DNA from: Hydrolagus colliei
Taxonomy: Eukaryota
Assembly: GCA_035084275.1 (NCBI GenBank)
Contig: CM068748.1
Location: forward strand, 806,001 to 870,000
Reading direction: 5' to 3'
DNA: 64,000 nucleotides
In this document: piece by piece, positions 49,089 through 63,000 of the stretch
How the letters are laid out: every line of letters begins with the position of its first letter
Position numbering within the stretch: the first letter of the stretch is position 1
Made by a program: the position numbers and the translations under genes
Notes under the pieces: generated by a model
What the model saw: only the letters and a program-made list of their open reading frames with translations
Database searches by the model: none
Told to the model about the DNA's origin: nothing

Positions 49089-50149
49089 GGACGTCTTGTC
49101 TGGCCAAGGTGCTGCTGTGGAGCTCACTGGAAGATGCTTGTTGCCCCAGAATTTTTTTCCCCTTAATTAAACAAAGCCAATGGTGTGTTGCTTATTATTA
49201 ATCACAATGTGCAAATATTATAGGTCCTTTTCCACATGATCAACTCTATTCTAACTTCATTGTCCTTATGTCCTGGTGAACATGAATTGATATAAATGTT
49301 CCCTACACCCATCTCTATATATCTTACTTTGAAATTTCCTTGAACAAGAGCACAGCATTGGAAAATCTACCGAAACAGTCACCCTAAATGTCTCCTTTCT
49401 ATTCCATCTACTTCCCGATGTTATATCACAGCTTCAGTTTTTCATCCTTACTTGGAATCATCAATAGAATTCACACAAGATGTATCTTACCGCAGAACCT
49501 CTTTCAATACTTCAATTCAAATGTCGCTTTCTTCCCACACACCCAAATTCCATTTAACCTTTTAGCACTCCTCGGCACCTGACCTAAAATAAATTGTCAT
49601 TCCTCCAATGCAAAAACAAATTCATGAAGTTTTTAATTAATCTGTCCTACTTCCTTCTAATCTCAATATTGAAATCCACTTTAATTAATGTTTTCTCCAA
49701 CACATCTATTTTCTAGATTTCAAAGCTTCGGATATTACCATATCAGCTTTATTAACATTTGCTGAACATTTCACTAATTATATATCAACAAAAGTATATA
49801 ATTGTGACAAACAGCGGCTGTTATTAATGGGCATATTAATATGGGCAGACAAAACAAGGTAAATATAGAGGTAACAGCAATGTGAATAAAAGTATAATTT
49901 ACCTGTCAAGCTGTCAGGAGAAAAGTAATTGTGCATTATATAATATTTGATAAAAGGGAGCTTCACGATGTACTGAGGATTCCGTGCAATGCATTGCATT
50001 TTCACCTTATGCCTGTTTAGTACTCTATGATAATACGCAATATAAAAAGAAAGATATTTGGTTGAGTTAGTGAGGTGGTATCAGAGTGTTTATTGATTCA
50101 TGAATAAGGTACACAAATGGATACCAGAATTGCCACTTTCAAAAGGAAC

Positions 50150-50265
50150 CTTTTCCGACGAAGAGTCTCACCTGAAACGTTAACCTATCTTTCTCTTTCA
50201 GATGCTGATCCACCTGCTCTGCATTTCCAGCATTTCAGATTTCCAGCTTCTGCGGTTCTTTTCAT
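50150..50265 (+). mobile_element. Penelope-type terminal repeat remnant with a degenerate minimal hammerhead core
   Basis: ccgacgaagagtctcacctgaaacgttaac...cagatgctg...cctgct...tttccagcattt. Confidence 0.55.
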
Positions 50266-52904
50266 CTCTTCAAAAGGAAGCCAATGTTTGATGCAAAGCA
50301 GTCACTTAAGAATTTATTTAAAATCTAATAGGACTGGAAATTACTGAGATGACAAAATAGCACTGAAGCAGATGGACAGTCAAAAAACAGGCTTGTAACA
50401 TGACCCCCACCATTCCGAGGAAGATCCAAATGAATAAAAAATACTGTATTTTGTTTGATATTACATAGAAATGATAATCATGCTGCGCTGAACACAACGC
50501 ACAGCCTTTATTGCGCTACCTGTGTGGAGTTTTGGTTTATGCAACTGGGTTTATCTTCGATTTTAAGATGATCGATTATTCTCAACAGCAACATTTTTGT
50601 GAACACTTCACTCTAATCAGTGTATTTCAAATTCTGTGCAATTTCTCGGACCGGGTTATGAGGTTAAATGATACTGAGACAAATTCTAATTCCAGTTGCT
50701 GGAGGTGGTAAAGTCATTTACATCTCACACTGCAAAACAATTAATTAAAAAAATATATACAGTATATATCTGCTCCTAGCCAATGCGTTATAACAGTGTA
50801 TGTATTTGTTAATGAAATTGGAAACCACTTAGAAACACACTGTAACAGACAAATTACACCCAAACAAACTAAATGGGATATGTAAACACACATTACCACC
50901 ACTGCCAGACTGCCTACAAACAGCAATTTATCGCCTGAAGATAAGCTGGAGTGTTGTTGGATTCCTTCAGCTCAAACCATTTATCCTAGCTCACCCCACT
51001 TCTGCTGCCAGCCCAAGATGCTATCAGCTCTGTTGTGCAGTGTATTCCAGTAAGTGTCAAAATCGACCCGAGGGGGTCACCACTTCACATATCACGGCTT
51101 GCTATCAGCGGCTTGGGGATAAGAGCAATTTGCAAATCTCACCTCTGCTGAGACCTGTTATCATTTCAGATCATCGAGAACCAAAAGGTCCACGCTACTT
51201 TCAGGGTAGAGACCACTGCTTGTCATCATATGCTAAAACAAGCAGTTTCTGTTCTTGGCTTTTTTCCAGCTTTCAACTTTCAGTTCATTCAACGTGTTTT
51301 GGAGCTATTGAACATGGAATATGAATTGAATTACTACATAAACCGATCTTTGTTGAGATTTTAGCTTATGAATAACACACAACTGGCCAAACGAAGCAAG
51401 AGTAAGCCTAGGAAATGATTAAGATGTATAGAGCCATGCGTAGAATGCTTGGTAAGCGTGTATTTGCTCAACAGTGTTCATAAATGTATCATTTATTTTA
51501 AAATAAGCAATGTTTTGTAAATTAAAGCAGTATTTCAGAATTCAAATGACAAAAAAACGTTTATTTGCTTTCATGCCCTACATATAATACAGCACATTTC
51601 TAAGTCCAGTTTGAACCTTTCCTTTGTCTGTTTCCAGGATACTATAGGATCATAGAGTTCATTTTATTTGTTGTCAACAAGGAAAAAAAAATAACACTTC
51701 TGATCCATCCCTGTAACATCTCAATTAAGCATTTCTGACCTTCACAGATTAAAGCCCAAATGTCCATTTTATTACTAGTAGGAAAAAATGTGGGGAGGTG
51801 AAAACAATTAAATTGATCATTTTGGGGGGCAGATAGGCAATGGAGTAAAAGAAATAATTGTCATAATGGAAAACAAAATTATGTACTTCAGCCATTTGAA
51901 GTACTTAATTTTGCTTTTTATGCTGGCTCGTGTGAAGCAATTATGGAAGGTTCAATGTTTTGGGACAAATTATTTAATCCTCTTTTGTAGTCAGTGACTG
52001 TCTTCCAACCAAGACAGTAGACCATCAATCTGCAAACTTTAGTTTTAAATAACGCCTAGGATTATTGGCCCAATGAACTCCATGCATGGTATATATTCTC
52101 AATCCAGGCTCACACGGCAAATGCTAGTGTGCATTCCAATCCCCAATTCTTCCTCAGAAAAAATGCACACCGAATGTAAAACGAGAGCTCAATCCATCAC
52201 CAAGCTAAATGTAATATAGATGAAAAAGTTTGTGGACTTGACTTCCGCACTGCTCATAACATTATAAGTTTATCACACACATATTTTTACCTTGGTACTT
52301 ACAAGTAAAAATATTGTAGTGGAAAATGTATGTCACTAAAAATCGATACTAGATATTTATTTTAAAAGTACATTTCAACAATACAACCTACAATACATGG
52401 ACTTCTCAAAAATGTACATTCACTCATAAGAAAAGATTCCATTTGTCTTGCTTATTCCAGGTATGACAGAGGCTGATACATAACATTTAATATTACATTT
52501 AAATTTCACAAATAGAAGCATACACTTCAAGAAACTGGAATATACTGCTTGTAAACAGTTGCTATACTCAATCAGTATTTCTCACTAGCGTATGTAAATG
52601 AAAGAAAAAAATCTTTGCTGACACCTAACATCAGGACACGGAACTGCACAACACAAAGGTTTCATTGGGGTTTATTCGAATTCCATTCTCCTTATTTTCG
52701 TCAAGTCTTGTAAATTTTACCTATCCACCTTTCAATTTGAAAATCAGCATTTAAGCCTTTAACCTAATTTCTTGATGATGGACTTGATCGCTTCAGATTG
52801 GAGAATTGATGCTGCTGAAGGTAGTTTCTTCACTTTGTCCTTCAGTATGAACCTTATTTTCTTTCTTCTCACACAGTGTTACAAAAATGTAATTTTGTTA
52901 TTGT

Positions 52905-53047
52905 TGGTCAAGGAGAAGGAATTAGAGGGATATAGGAGAAGATAGTAGGAGAGGTGGAGGGATGTTTGTGTGGGGCATAAACGCCAGCATGGACTGATTG
53001 GAACAAATGGTCTGTTTTCATGTCATACTTATCATTCTATGTAATTC
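52905..53047 (+). mobile_element. CR1-type LINE 3' end
   Basis: gcataaacgccagcatggactgattggaacaaatggtctgttt...ttctatgta has the CR1 terminal signature (TTCTATG-type end). Confidence 0.65.
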
Positions 53048-56000
53048 CTTAAAAATCACAGTCAAATTTTGGAGAGTTAGCCTTGAATGGAGAGTTTAGC
53101 TTTGTTTCACAGTTTGCCATTCAAATAACTCATTAATTTGCAGCTACATGGTGCAAAACCTGCATCCCTTTGCAGCCTCCTCCTAATCCTTTGTCGACTC
53201 TTGTGCAAAATAGCCACTTGCCACAGGTGAGTCGATAGGCCAGGAGCCTCTGCTGTGAAGTGAAGCTGGAGTTGCCTTGGTTTCAATCGATAGTTGCTCC
53301 AGTGAAAGAGCTGAGTCTGGCCTATTACCACGGTTCATGTCAGGGAAGCAGCAACCATTTTAACAAAGCTGGCCATATGTTAGAACAGACTTTCAATGTC
53401 TGAGGACACAGTATTTAATGAGTCCTTGAGGAAATCCCTCAGAGAAACCTCCTTAGTCAACACTTCACTCTTCTGCTTAGGGTAACATGCTGTTGTCAGT
53501 GAGCCAGTTCTGTGGGCAGTACTGAAGTTGGCCGAGTTTCAGTGCTGGAATCTATGTGGATTAACACCTGGTCTCCAGCCAAGTACGTGTCTTTTTTAGA
53601 CGGTGCCAGAGACCAAAACACCTCGGCCGGAGAAATCAGTTGAGCACCAGTTGGGGGACACTGGTCACATAGTAAGTACAGTAGGATTAGCAAACACCAC
53701 ACCAAAGGCTTAATTTACAAGTGTTGTCATTTCCGAATGATGCTGAAAAGGATTTGTGAGGCCTGGAGCCGCTGACCGTCCAGCTGCACAAGCAGACAAA
53801 CACAAGTCAGGCCAATGTACCTTTCAAAGATTTTTAAAAATATATATATATAGAAAACAAAAGGAGCTCTCTGTTCAAAGTCAATTCTTCACCTGACCTC
53901 AGAACAGAAGACTACTTCTGTACCTAAACTGTACCTTGAGGGGTCTCTGTGCTAAGATTTGAGCTCCAGGATTCTGGTTGTAAGAATGACCTTCACGTAG
54001 ATAAGTCAATAAAGTCAGCCATGTCAAGCCTTTGTGCTAAGTTTCAAGCAGCCTCGAACTTCAAAATGTCAAGGAATGATGGAAGACCATGAAGCCAGGC
54101 ATCGTGGGATTTGGTTGCCAGGGCCCAATGCAAATTTTATAACTAGGAGTTGTCTTGGGCTAGCAGCCATTTTGGGGTGAACCAGATATGGTCCAATTGC
54201 AGAAAAAGGTGCAACAACCTCATATCAGTAGGCATTCTAGCAAGTCTATTTGCACTAGAATAAACCTGAAAAAGAATTTCTTCTAAAAGCCAAAACTTCA
54301 AGAGAAGGTCTGAACTTTCTGTAACAACATGGGACATTATTCTGATATCAGGAGCAATTTGTTTTTAACATGGTGGCTCTATGTACACGACAGAAGGTGA
54401 TTTGACTCCCATTGGTAATTTCTTAAAGGTACACTGTCTCAGATTACTCTTTTTTGGGGGGAGAGTACCACATGAAATAAATCTGGACTTAGACACAAGA
54501 TGCTAGTGCAGAACAGGCATCTTAAGATCCCTTCAGGGCAGCCCATGTAGAAATTAGAAACATTCACACTGGAGGTAATTTTCTATAGTTCAGTCTATGT
54601 CCCATTTTTGATGCTTTGCTTCGTACCTTAACCAAAGTGCAAGAAAATGATCCCAATTTAACAAATCAAATTGAAAAAGTACCCAGCTTTTAAAACGTAT
54701 GTGTATTTAAAAAACACTAAATTTTAGGCAGTTAAAAAAAAGCAATTATTTAATCACAATCTGTATATCCAATACTGTACAAATTTATTCCTAGATCATT
54801 TGTTATAAGAATGTGGGGAAAAGAACTGCAACAGATAGTGCGCAAACCTTGCATATAAGTGAGTACTCTGTCTGAATCAAGTTGTCCCCACATCAGCACT
54901 AATGTGCAACCCTGAACTAGATTGCTTTCCTTTGATCAAAGCAATGATAATTGAGTCTGATGTCCTGTACAAACAGGGTATTACCTAGGGAAGTTGTATT
55001 TTGCAGATCCTGTAAAATGCTATAATTGATGGTTAGCAGTAAAATTTGCTTTCAAAAAATACATGCATTGAGAAAATATCTAGAAATCCAAATATTCAAG
55101 CAAGACAAACACAAACGCAATTAATCATCTACAACTAACTCAAACACAGCAATTTCATACTGATAATGTAAAAAGCAGCGGTAGAGTTTAATTCACAAAG
55201 ACTAGTTTAAATGTTTGTTTGTCCTGTAAAAAAATTACAAGTTTCCTATGTAGCGTTCATTGCTTACATGAACCGAGTGCAATATTGCTTTTATTCCTTT
55301 TAAATGAAACCAGTTACAGCGAAGACTAGTCAAAATGATCTAAAAGCAATATTTTACAAAAGGATGAGTGCTGTCAACATTTCACTACAACTTGAGATGA
55401 AAATTTGGATTTTTCTTCAGTTATATTCTCACTAACTAATTTACAGCAAAAGCTATTACGAGACAAAAAAAACCTACTGTAAAACAATGCCTGTGACATC
55501 CCTTACAAGGATAGAATAGCACAAAATCAACAAAGCATCATCTGTATCATCTATTCTTCATCTACAAAAACCATATACTGTCATAATTTATGCTCGTACA
55601 ATCATACACACACACAGATCAAGACAAGCAATATGAATTAAAATGTGTCCCTAACCAAAGTGCCTCACTCAATGCCATATGCATAGTAACTAGATGTCTG
55701 GAAATCAGCCAAGGTTCAGCTGCCAGGAAAAACTTTGTCACCTGCTTTGAACATCTGAAGTATGTTTACCCAATAGATTTCATTAAATTACATTTCCATT
55801 AGGAAGCATACAATGTTGATACTCGTCTCAGAGATAAAAGGAATGGCTAAGAGGCATGTCATTCAGCTCCCAGCTGATTGCAGTTTCTTGGCGAATCAAG
55901 AGAAGCAACTCGAACAATACTTTGTAAAGGCAGTGTCCCTAAGGATTGCAAGTTGAGTACTACAATACCATTAAAAAGGATCATTTAATTAAAACAAGCA

Positions 56001-57173
56001 TGGATTGTTTTAAAATAATAACGTAATAAATCTGAATTTTCAATCGATTAAATAGGTATGCTTTCAAACCACTATTCTGCTAATCTAAATCTTACAATTA
56101 TTTTAAATTGTTTACACTAAATATTCTGACTGCTTAAACAGTAAACACGTATGATTGATTTTAATTTGTCATTCATGTTGTAGTTTTCTTTCATCTTTAA
56201 TTGCTAGCTGGGGATATTAACACAAGTGATAAATGCTGTGCATCAGAATTTTAAACCAGAGTAATCATCATTAATATCCATATTGTTTATCATTTTACTT
56301 TGAAATTTGAATACTAACTAGAGCAATTAGAGAAGTTGCTCTATGCCAGTATTTTAAAAAGTGTTCAGTAAACAGACATTTAAAATGAATTTTAATGGAT
56401 AAACTATAGTCAGAAAAAGCACTGGTGATGGAAGACAGAAAGTCAAGTACCTATACAACTACACTGTTACAGTGAGATGATGGGTTTGATGTCAGCCAAT
56501 ACCAAACTCCCAGTAGACATCGAGATATGTTGCTTCTTTCTTAATAGTTATTGCATAATCAGGAGAATCATATTGTGACATACTGTACAAAAATGAACTG
56601 CATGTAATGAAGCCAACCTCATCCCTAGAGACCATCAACATTTTTCTTTCACTCAGACACCTTCGAGTGATCAAACCGGTTAGCTTTGGTATAATTGGTT
56701 CTATCCATCAGCACAGGGCTGACTACTTTACATTTGTCAGGGCTTATTGCTAGTTTTCCTTCAACGACCATCAATCAAGAATAGAGTTTTTTTAAACAGA
56801 TGATCGGAAATAAGAGGTTTCAATATTTTATTTTAAATTGCTCAGGTTCTATCATTACAAAAATGATGAAAAAATTATCAAAAAAAAGACAATTCAACCC
56901 GTGTGTTGGTAAGAAATTAAATACAAGATCACACTATTTTTCTGCACTGCAGAACAGATTGCCTCCAATTCGTATCCATGCGTTCTCTACACACAGGAAT
57001 ATATTTCTGATCTGTGGAAGATGTTCAGCAAAGGCAAGGCATTTTCCCACAGTCAGGTTAAAGAAAAAGGAAAGCCAGATGAATCACCAGTCCTGCCTAC
57101 ATGTTTCCAGCATCAAGAGTAGCAGTGACAATATCTGGGAGAAGATCGGTTAACTCCTTCTCAGTTGCTTCTG

Positions 57174-57393
57174 AACGTCTCAAAGCGCTTCACAGAATAC
57201 AAAGTGAATTGACTGCATATTTTATGGGTGAGACATGGCAGTCAATTCTGCACAGCAGTGGATTTCAATTGTGGATTGAAATGGCCCATTTATTATTATA
57301 TTTGAGGGATTATTACCAGACGTGTGGAGTAAGGAAACTGCCTGGCATCGAACCTAGGTCTCTCGCTTGCAAGGCAAATCACCGAGCTACAGG
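57174..57393 (-). mobile_element. Diverged, internally deleted SINE
   Basis: acgtctcaaagcgcttcacagaata...gtggagtaaggaaact...cgagctacagga. Confidence 0.82.
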
Positions 57394-58135
57394 AATACAT
57401 ACCATTTTAAATTTGCTACTCGAATGGTAGGGGAACAGGGGTCAAAAAGATGACCTATAATGCAACTCATAACAGAATCAATATTGCATGACATGCGTTT
57501 AACCAATCACATGTTGTATCTCTTATTATAATTCATAATTCATGTTAAAAGCAAGTGTGTGTGCACCTGGTATGCCAGATTGAACTCTGTTGAATAGACA
57601 ACTTCAATAATGGCAATATGGAAGCACCTTCTGGCACCCCACCAATATCTGACTAGGCTGCCAGGTACAAGTGCCTCCTCTCAGCATTCAATATAGTTAC
57701 TGAATTCAAAGGAAAGCCAAACAACCAAAAATAAGATTTTATATATATAGTGACCAAAAAATCTTTGCAATGTCTACACAGCCTTAAAGAAATTATGATT
57801 TTTTTTAGCTAATAGGGTAGTTATCGTGACTTTTTGATCACCCTGTAGGTACATATGTACTATATATAAATATACAGTTATATTCTATCTTTATTTTATC
57901 TGTGTAAGCAAGTCTATTGCAAACCAGGTGATACTGTACATGTGAAAAGCTTTAGAAAATAAAAATTACATTTGCATGACACTGATTTATGATAAATAAT
58001 AATTACATTTAATTTAGTGCCTCGTGTCATCAAAATGCCTAACCACAATTGATTTTTATGATGATTCAATTCATTTCACACTCTCAGTACCCCAGTACCT
58101 CACACAACTGATAATTCTTTATCTGCAAGTCTGGA

Positions 58136-58387
58136 CAACATCAACAAAATTACATTTGTATAGCACCTTTCATGTTGGGAGGATGTCCCAAGATGCTGGA
58201 CAGTCAATGTTTCAGACCCTGGTTGGGGCCGAGATCGGGGAGGGTGGAGGGGATTTGGGGTAACCGACTGGACCATCAAAGAGGAGGGCCTTGAGGCGGG
58301 ACTTGAAGGAGGCCAGAGAGAGGGTGAGGTGGAGGGATTGCGGGATGGAATTCCAGAGGTTAGGGGCAGAGTGGCTGAAGGCTCGCT
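58136..58387 (-). mobile_element. L2 LINE 3' end: ORF2 C-terminus, 3'UTR and (GTT)n tail
   Basis: The translation RAFSHSAPNLWNSIPQSLHLTLSLASFKSRLKALLF matches the L2 ORF2 terminal motif RAFSxxAPxLWNxLP...FKxxLKxxLF. Confidence 0.9.
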
Positions 58388-59488
58388 TTAATTTATCCCA
58401 ACCAGGAAACAACAACATGAGTCTGACACTGAGCCGGGGGGAGAGGAAGGGAGGAGATGACCGTAAGCATGATGAAAAGGGAAGGTCTTTAGAAACTATA
58501 ACCAACTGCAGATTTCCCAAACAGTGTTCTGCCTAAGATCAGCTGCTTAGCACAGATCCTAAATCACACTTGCAACTTTTCGATCTGTATGGCTTAATGC
58601 TACAATGGGCAATGCCATTATCCACCAAAATACTCGGCTTGCCAATGGTATGCCCTTAATTGTAACATTATAAAATGCAAAAGTTTCATCTTGGCTCATT
58701 TTAAATTCACAAACATTGAGCGTGCGTGTCTTATTATCATTACAAAAAAAAAGCACCAGAGGTGTCAATTAATGCAATAACTAATTGCATCAGACATAAT
58801 GAATAGAAATGACAAAAAGCATTTTTTTTAAATAGGAAAAAAATGTAACCACAGCCTACTTTGAAGAATTTTTTTGTTAATCAATATCTGTGATGACATA
58901 TCTGCCAGTCAACCACATTTAACCTGCATTCATTCCTTTACCGCAAAGTAATGCTTTCAATCCCTTTTACATTTTAATTAATGGATAATGAAAAGTATAA
59001 CTTTTACCATGCAGAACTTTCATGCGTGTTTCTCCTCAGCCCGAGGGTTGTAATGAAAGGAGCATGACCGCGATATGTGCTGTTCCACTATCAATCCATG
59101 GAAAGAGCAAGCTGAATCAAGAACACCATTCAGAAAGTGACAAGCAAAATGTTAAGAAACAGTAATTTAGTACAGAAACACAGTACAGTACGTTCCACAA
59201 CATCAAATTTGGTTCTTACATCGTTGAGTTTCCTTGGCTATTTCGCTGGTTGCGTCCAAGTGGTTAGGATTTGGGCCAAATTGTTGGTAAACGCAAAATT
59301 TGTGTGGCCCAAGGGAAGATTAAAATAAAAGATCCTTGCACATACAAAATAGTTTACAGAATACGACTGCCAATTTCTGCCAAATCACAAGGAATCTTGC
59401 CTCGAATTTATCCCAATTAAAATGTGCGCAAGTACCCCAAATTATTTCACATGTGCCCCTTACAAACAGAATAGGTGGTACCAGTATA

Positions 59489-59536
59489 TGTCCTTACGAC
59501 ATTGAAGGCGCTATACAAATGTATGTTGTTGTTGTG
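59489..59536 (+). mobile_element. L2 3'-terminal fragment
   Basis: tgtccttacgacattgaaggcgctatacaaatgtatgttgttgttg. Confidence 0.68.
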
Positions 59537-60036
59537 TTGGCTTCAAACCAGCCTCTCTTAACATTTCTATTTCTCTTATTTTCATTCATTCTCACATTTT
59601 TCTGTTACTTTCTTGCTTTCATTAATTCTTTTGACTGAGGGCAAGAGAATGTACCCATGCACGACCAAATGTATATTTATCCATCTCGACTGGATGGACG
59701 GACAGATAGAGACACAGAGGGACGAGACAAAGTAAAAGAAAATATATAGGAGAAATGCAATTGTGAGAAAAAGGTAACGGATTACAGTATTCTGCATTGC
59801 AGACTTGAGGACCACACAGTCATGTTTTATTGTTTAGAACACAAACAGCTTCCAGTTGGAATGTAAATTGTCAAAATGAATATTACAACAACTTTTTCAT
59901 TATGGCCAGCATGTTTTCATATAAAGCATTATTTTTTTGAAGCCATTAAATATAGATGTTAAAAAAAATAGAGATTACATTCTTGGACATATGATATTCA
60001 AAAATAGGTAGTTAAAGAAAGTATACATAACAATGT

Positions 60037-60080
60037 AATAATATTCCTTGCATTTGATATAGTGCTTTTCATGTCTTCTA
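60037..60080 (-). mobile_element. SINE 3' tail only
   Basis: ccttgcatttgatatagtgcttttcatgtcttcta. Confidence 0.78.
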
Positions 60081-63000
60081 ATCAAGGGTTTCTAATCGAC
60101 AAATTGTTCTGCTCACTGTGTTCAATATGTTGTTACAGGTTCTTGGTTCAGCTGACAATCTATTTCAGATTGTTTTGTTGTTGAATGTATTCATGCTTCA
60201 GTTGTTGCTACAAGACATAAATCTAAATACTGTCGATTCCTTCATAAGGCTCTTTGATGTATCACAATCTCTAACCTGACAACATTGGTTTAGGGTTCCC
60301 ACTTTAATAGTAATCCCATATAAGTCACCCCCTTTAGACTGTTTTTAAAAAAATATTATTTCCACAGACAATACTGTATATAGACCTAATAAAGGCTTTC
60401 ACATCTACCGAACTGGTAAACACAATTCTCGTTGTAACTAGCCGCCACATGTCCACAGAGAATAGCTGAGAACACCATCGAAAATAGCTGGTATACAAAT
60501 TTCACCAACCTTTAATACATATCAAAAGTGTCAATTTCAATAAGTCGTTGACGAGCCTTATTTTATACTGTAGCTTCACGTGGAAAGCAGAGAAATCACT
60601 CGTCATAGTCAAGAATCGACATTTATAATGAAAGGACCATGAAGATGTCAGCCCTTCAATCAAGCTCTTCTGCATTTCAGACATCAAGATCAATTTGTTA
60701 TCTCGCCTCTGTCAACTGTCATGTCAGCCTGACGTATCTCGACATACAAATCTACTCCTCCACATGCAAACACATTTCTGTAATTGGAGCTCATTTTATC
60801 TAGTAAGGCAATATCTGAACACGCTCATTGATGTTTACTGTGTTACAAATTTAGGATATGTAAACATTGAAGGTTAGAACCATTTGGAAGATAGGGCAGC
60901 CATCTCCTTGTATCTTTCTGCATGCGCGAGAGAAAGAGAAACAACAAACAAAGGGTGCTCGTGGATTTGTGAAGGTTTTGATTAGATTTGTTTATCAATT
61001 TGATGCCAAAAAATACAGGAAAGAATAACCATGCATCTCACATGACTGGAATGGGTAACCACTTTATTCTGTGATGGGCATGCGTGTACAGTCACATACT
61101 TTTGCTTTCTCGAAATAAACGGGAAGCAAAACAAAAAGGTTTCTGCTTGATGTGTAGTGTTTGGCTTTTAGTCATAACAAATGTACTTCAAAGAAACCTA
61201 TTAACAACTCCAATACAGTAGTTTTAAAAGCGGGGCAAACAGCCTTGCTTTAAGATACAGACAAACTCTTGTATTTGCTAAATAGCACATTACTCCAAAG
61301 TGAGATGTTATTTTTGTATTCTGCTGTTTCTAATTCAAACAATCATTCCCGTGTGTGGTTCCGCAGGCATCAGTTGCCCTCTGGTAATTTGCTATTACCT
61401 CACCTATGTGAGCCCAGAAAAAGAGCATCAGGAAGCATCATTATCTGAGTGCCATTCAACCATGGGACGTAACATTGACAAACTCAATCCAGTTCTCATG
61501 TGATGGCCACGCATGCTCACTTTATAGCATGGTTCATCTACAGAAAACAGAACAACAGGGAAGCGACATGTTCACCCCAAGCAAGGGTTTAAAATTATAT
61601 TTTTTTTGCAAAGAAAAAGTTAGAAAGGCTATCGGATAAAATTGACTCCCATCTTTTCACACATTCAATCTAAAGGCACGCAGATTGTCGATAGCAAACA
61701 TATTTAAATGCAGAACTTGTGTGACCTTGAGAGCCTTTTGAAAGCAATGTAAAAAACATAATAAAAAGTCCATGAGCTATTGCAGTACTGTAGTTTCAAT
61801 TTCTGAAAACCTATTGTTATCATTTGTAAAGCAAAAACTAGATACCCAACGTGCTTCTTTGAATCGTACCACAGAGTTTCTAAAGTGGCATGTCTCAACT
61901 ACATTTCCTATCCAAACAATTGCTATAGAATGGCTTACCTCATCTCACTGTGAAATTATTTGCTTTTCATGGTCCTTCTCCGATGAACAAATTTCATGCA
62001 GTTAGCCTAAGGAAAAATACTGATACTGATAGCATTTTAAGAGTTAACTGTGCTGTACTATCTGATCAAGGTTGCTGCAGGCAAGTTCTACTTAACAATT
62101 AACCTTTAGGCTGCCAACATTCTGGAGATGTACTAGAAATCCCTAATGTACTTTACATATGTATGATTGGAAAACTAAAGACAAATAGCCACCACCTACA
62201 AAGTAACAGTTTAAAGGAAAGAGGTTACAGATACCATCAAAAGTAATTACCCTAAGGTTCATGGAGAATGAACATCCACGGTTTATAACTCCCTGGTTTT
62301 AAAGATTATTTTTCAAGTTTTGTTTTAGTAATTATCTCTGCTTACAGCACTCCTTTGTGGGGCCTTGTAAATATCAATTTGCAGCAGCAGCAATGTGCCG
62401 AACAGATGTAATGTTCAGTCCTTCCCACAGTGGGATTGCTTACAGGCTTAGAAATCAATTGGGACTCGTTTTTAAATAAAACAATGAAAATGCCAGCTAT
62501 ATGAAATGATTTGAAAAAGTACACTCCTTAATAAGTCTGCATTCATCAGCTCACAGGGTACGGTGCAGGCATGCTCAAGGAGAACTTTTACAAACAGATT
62601 AATTAGAAAAAAATGCAATCTCTGCTGTACAGTGACCTAAGAAAACAGATGTAGCTTATACTATAGTTCCCTCCCCCATTAAAACATCTGCATAAAGAAA
62701 ACATGCAAGAACAAGCTTTTTGTATGGGTCTAAATGATAGTATTATGGGGAAAGAAATGCAATCAGTAACAGCTGCTTAAGGTGGCAAAAGTTTAGCTTC
62801 AAGTGTATATGTTTCAAATGAAATGAGACTGACAGAATTTTGTGCTTAACTTCATTCCAGTGGTCATTCCAACATGGAAACTCTGCATTTCACTAAGTGA
62901 TTTATATTTCTAGAAAACATTTAGAAAACTGAAACTGATGTTCTATGTAATTTTAAGCAATAACATGCCAACTTTTTCTAACCTCAGATGCTGGATTTGA

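Noticed and set aside
62540-62575. Minus-strand CTGATGA as an intronic HH9/HH10-type hammerhead
   Set aside because: No stem II followed by GAAA comes after the box.
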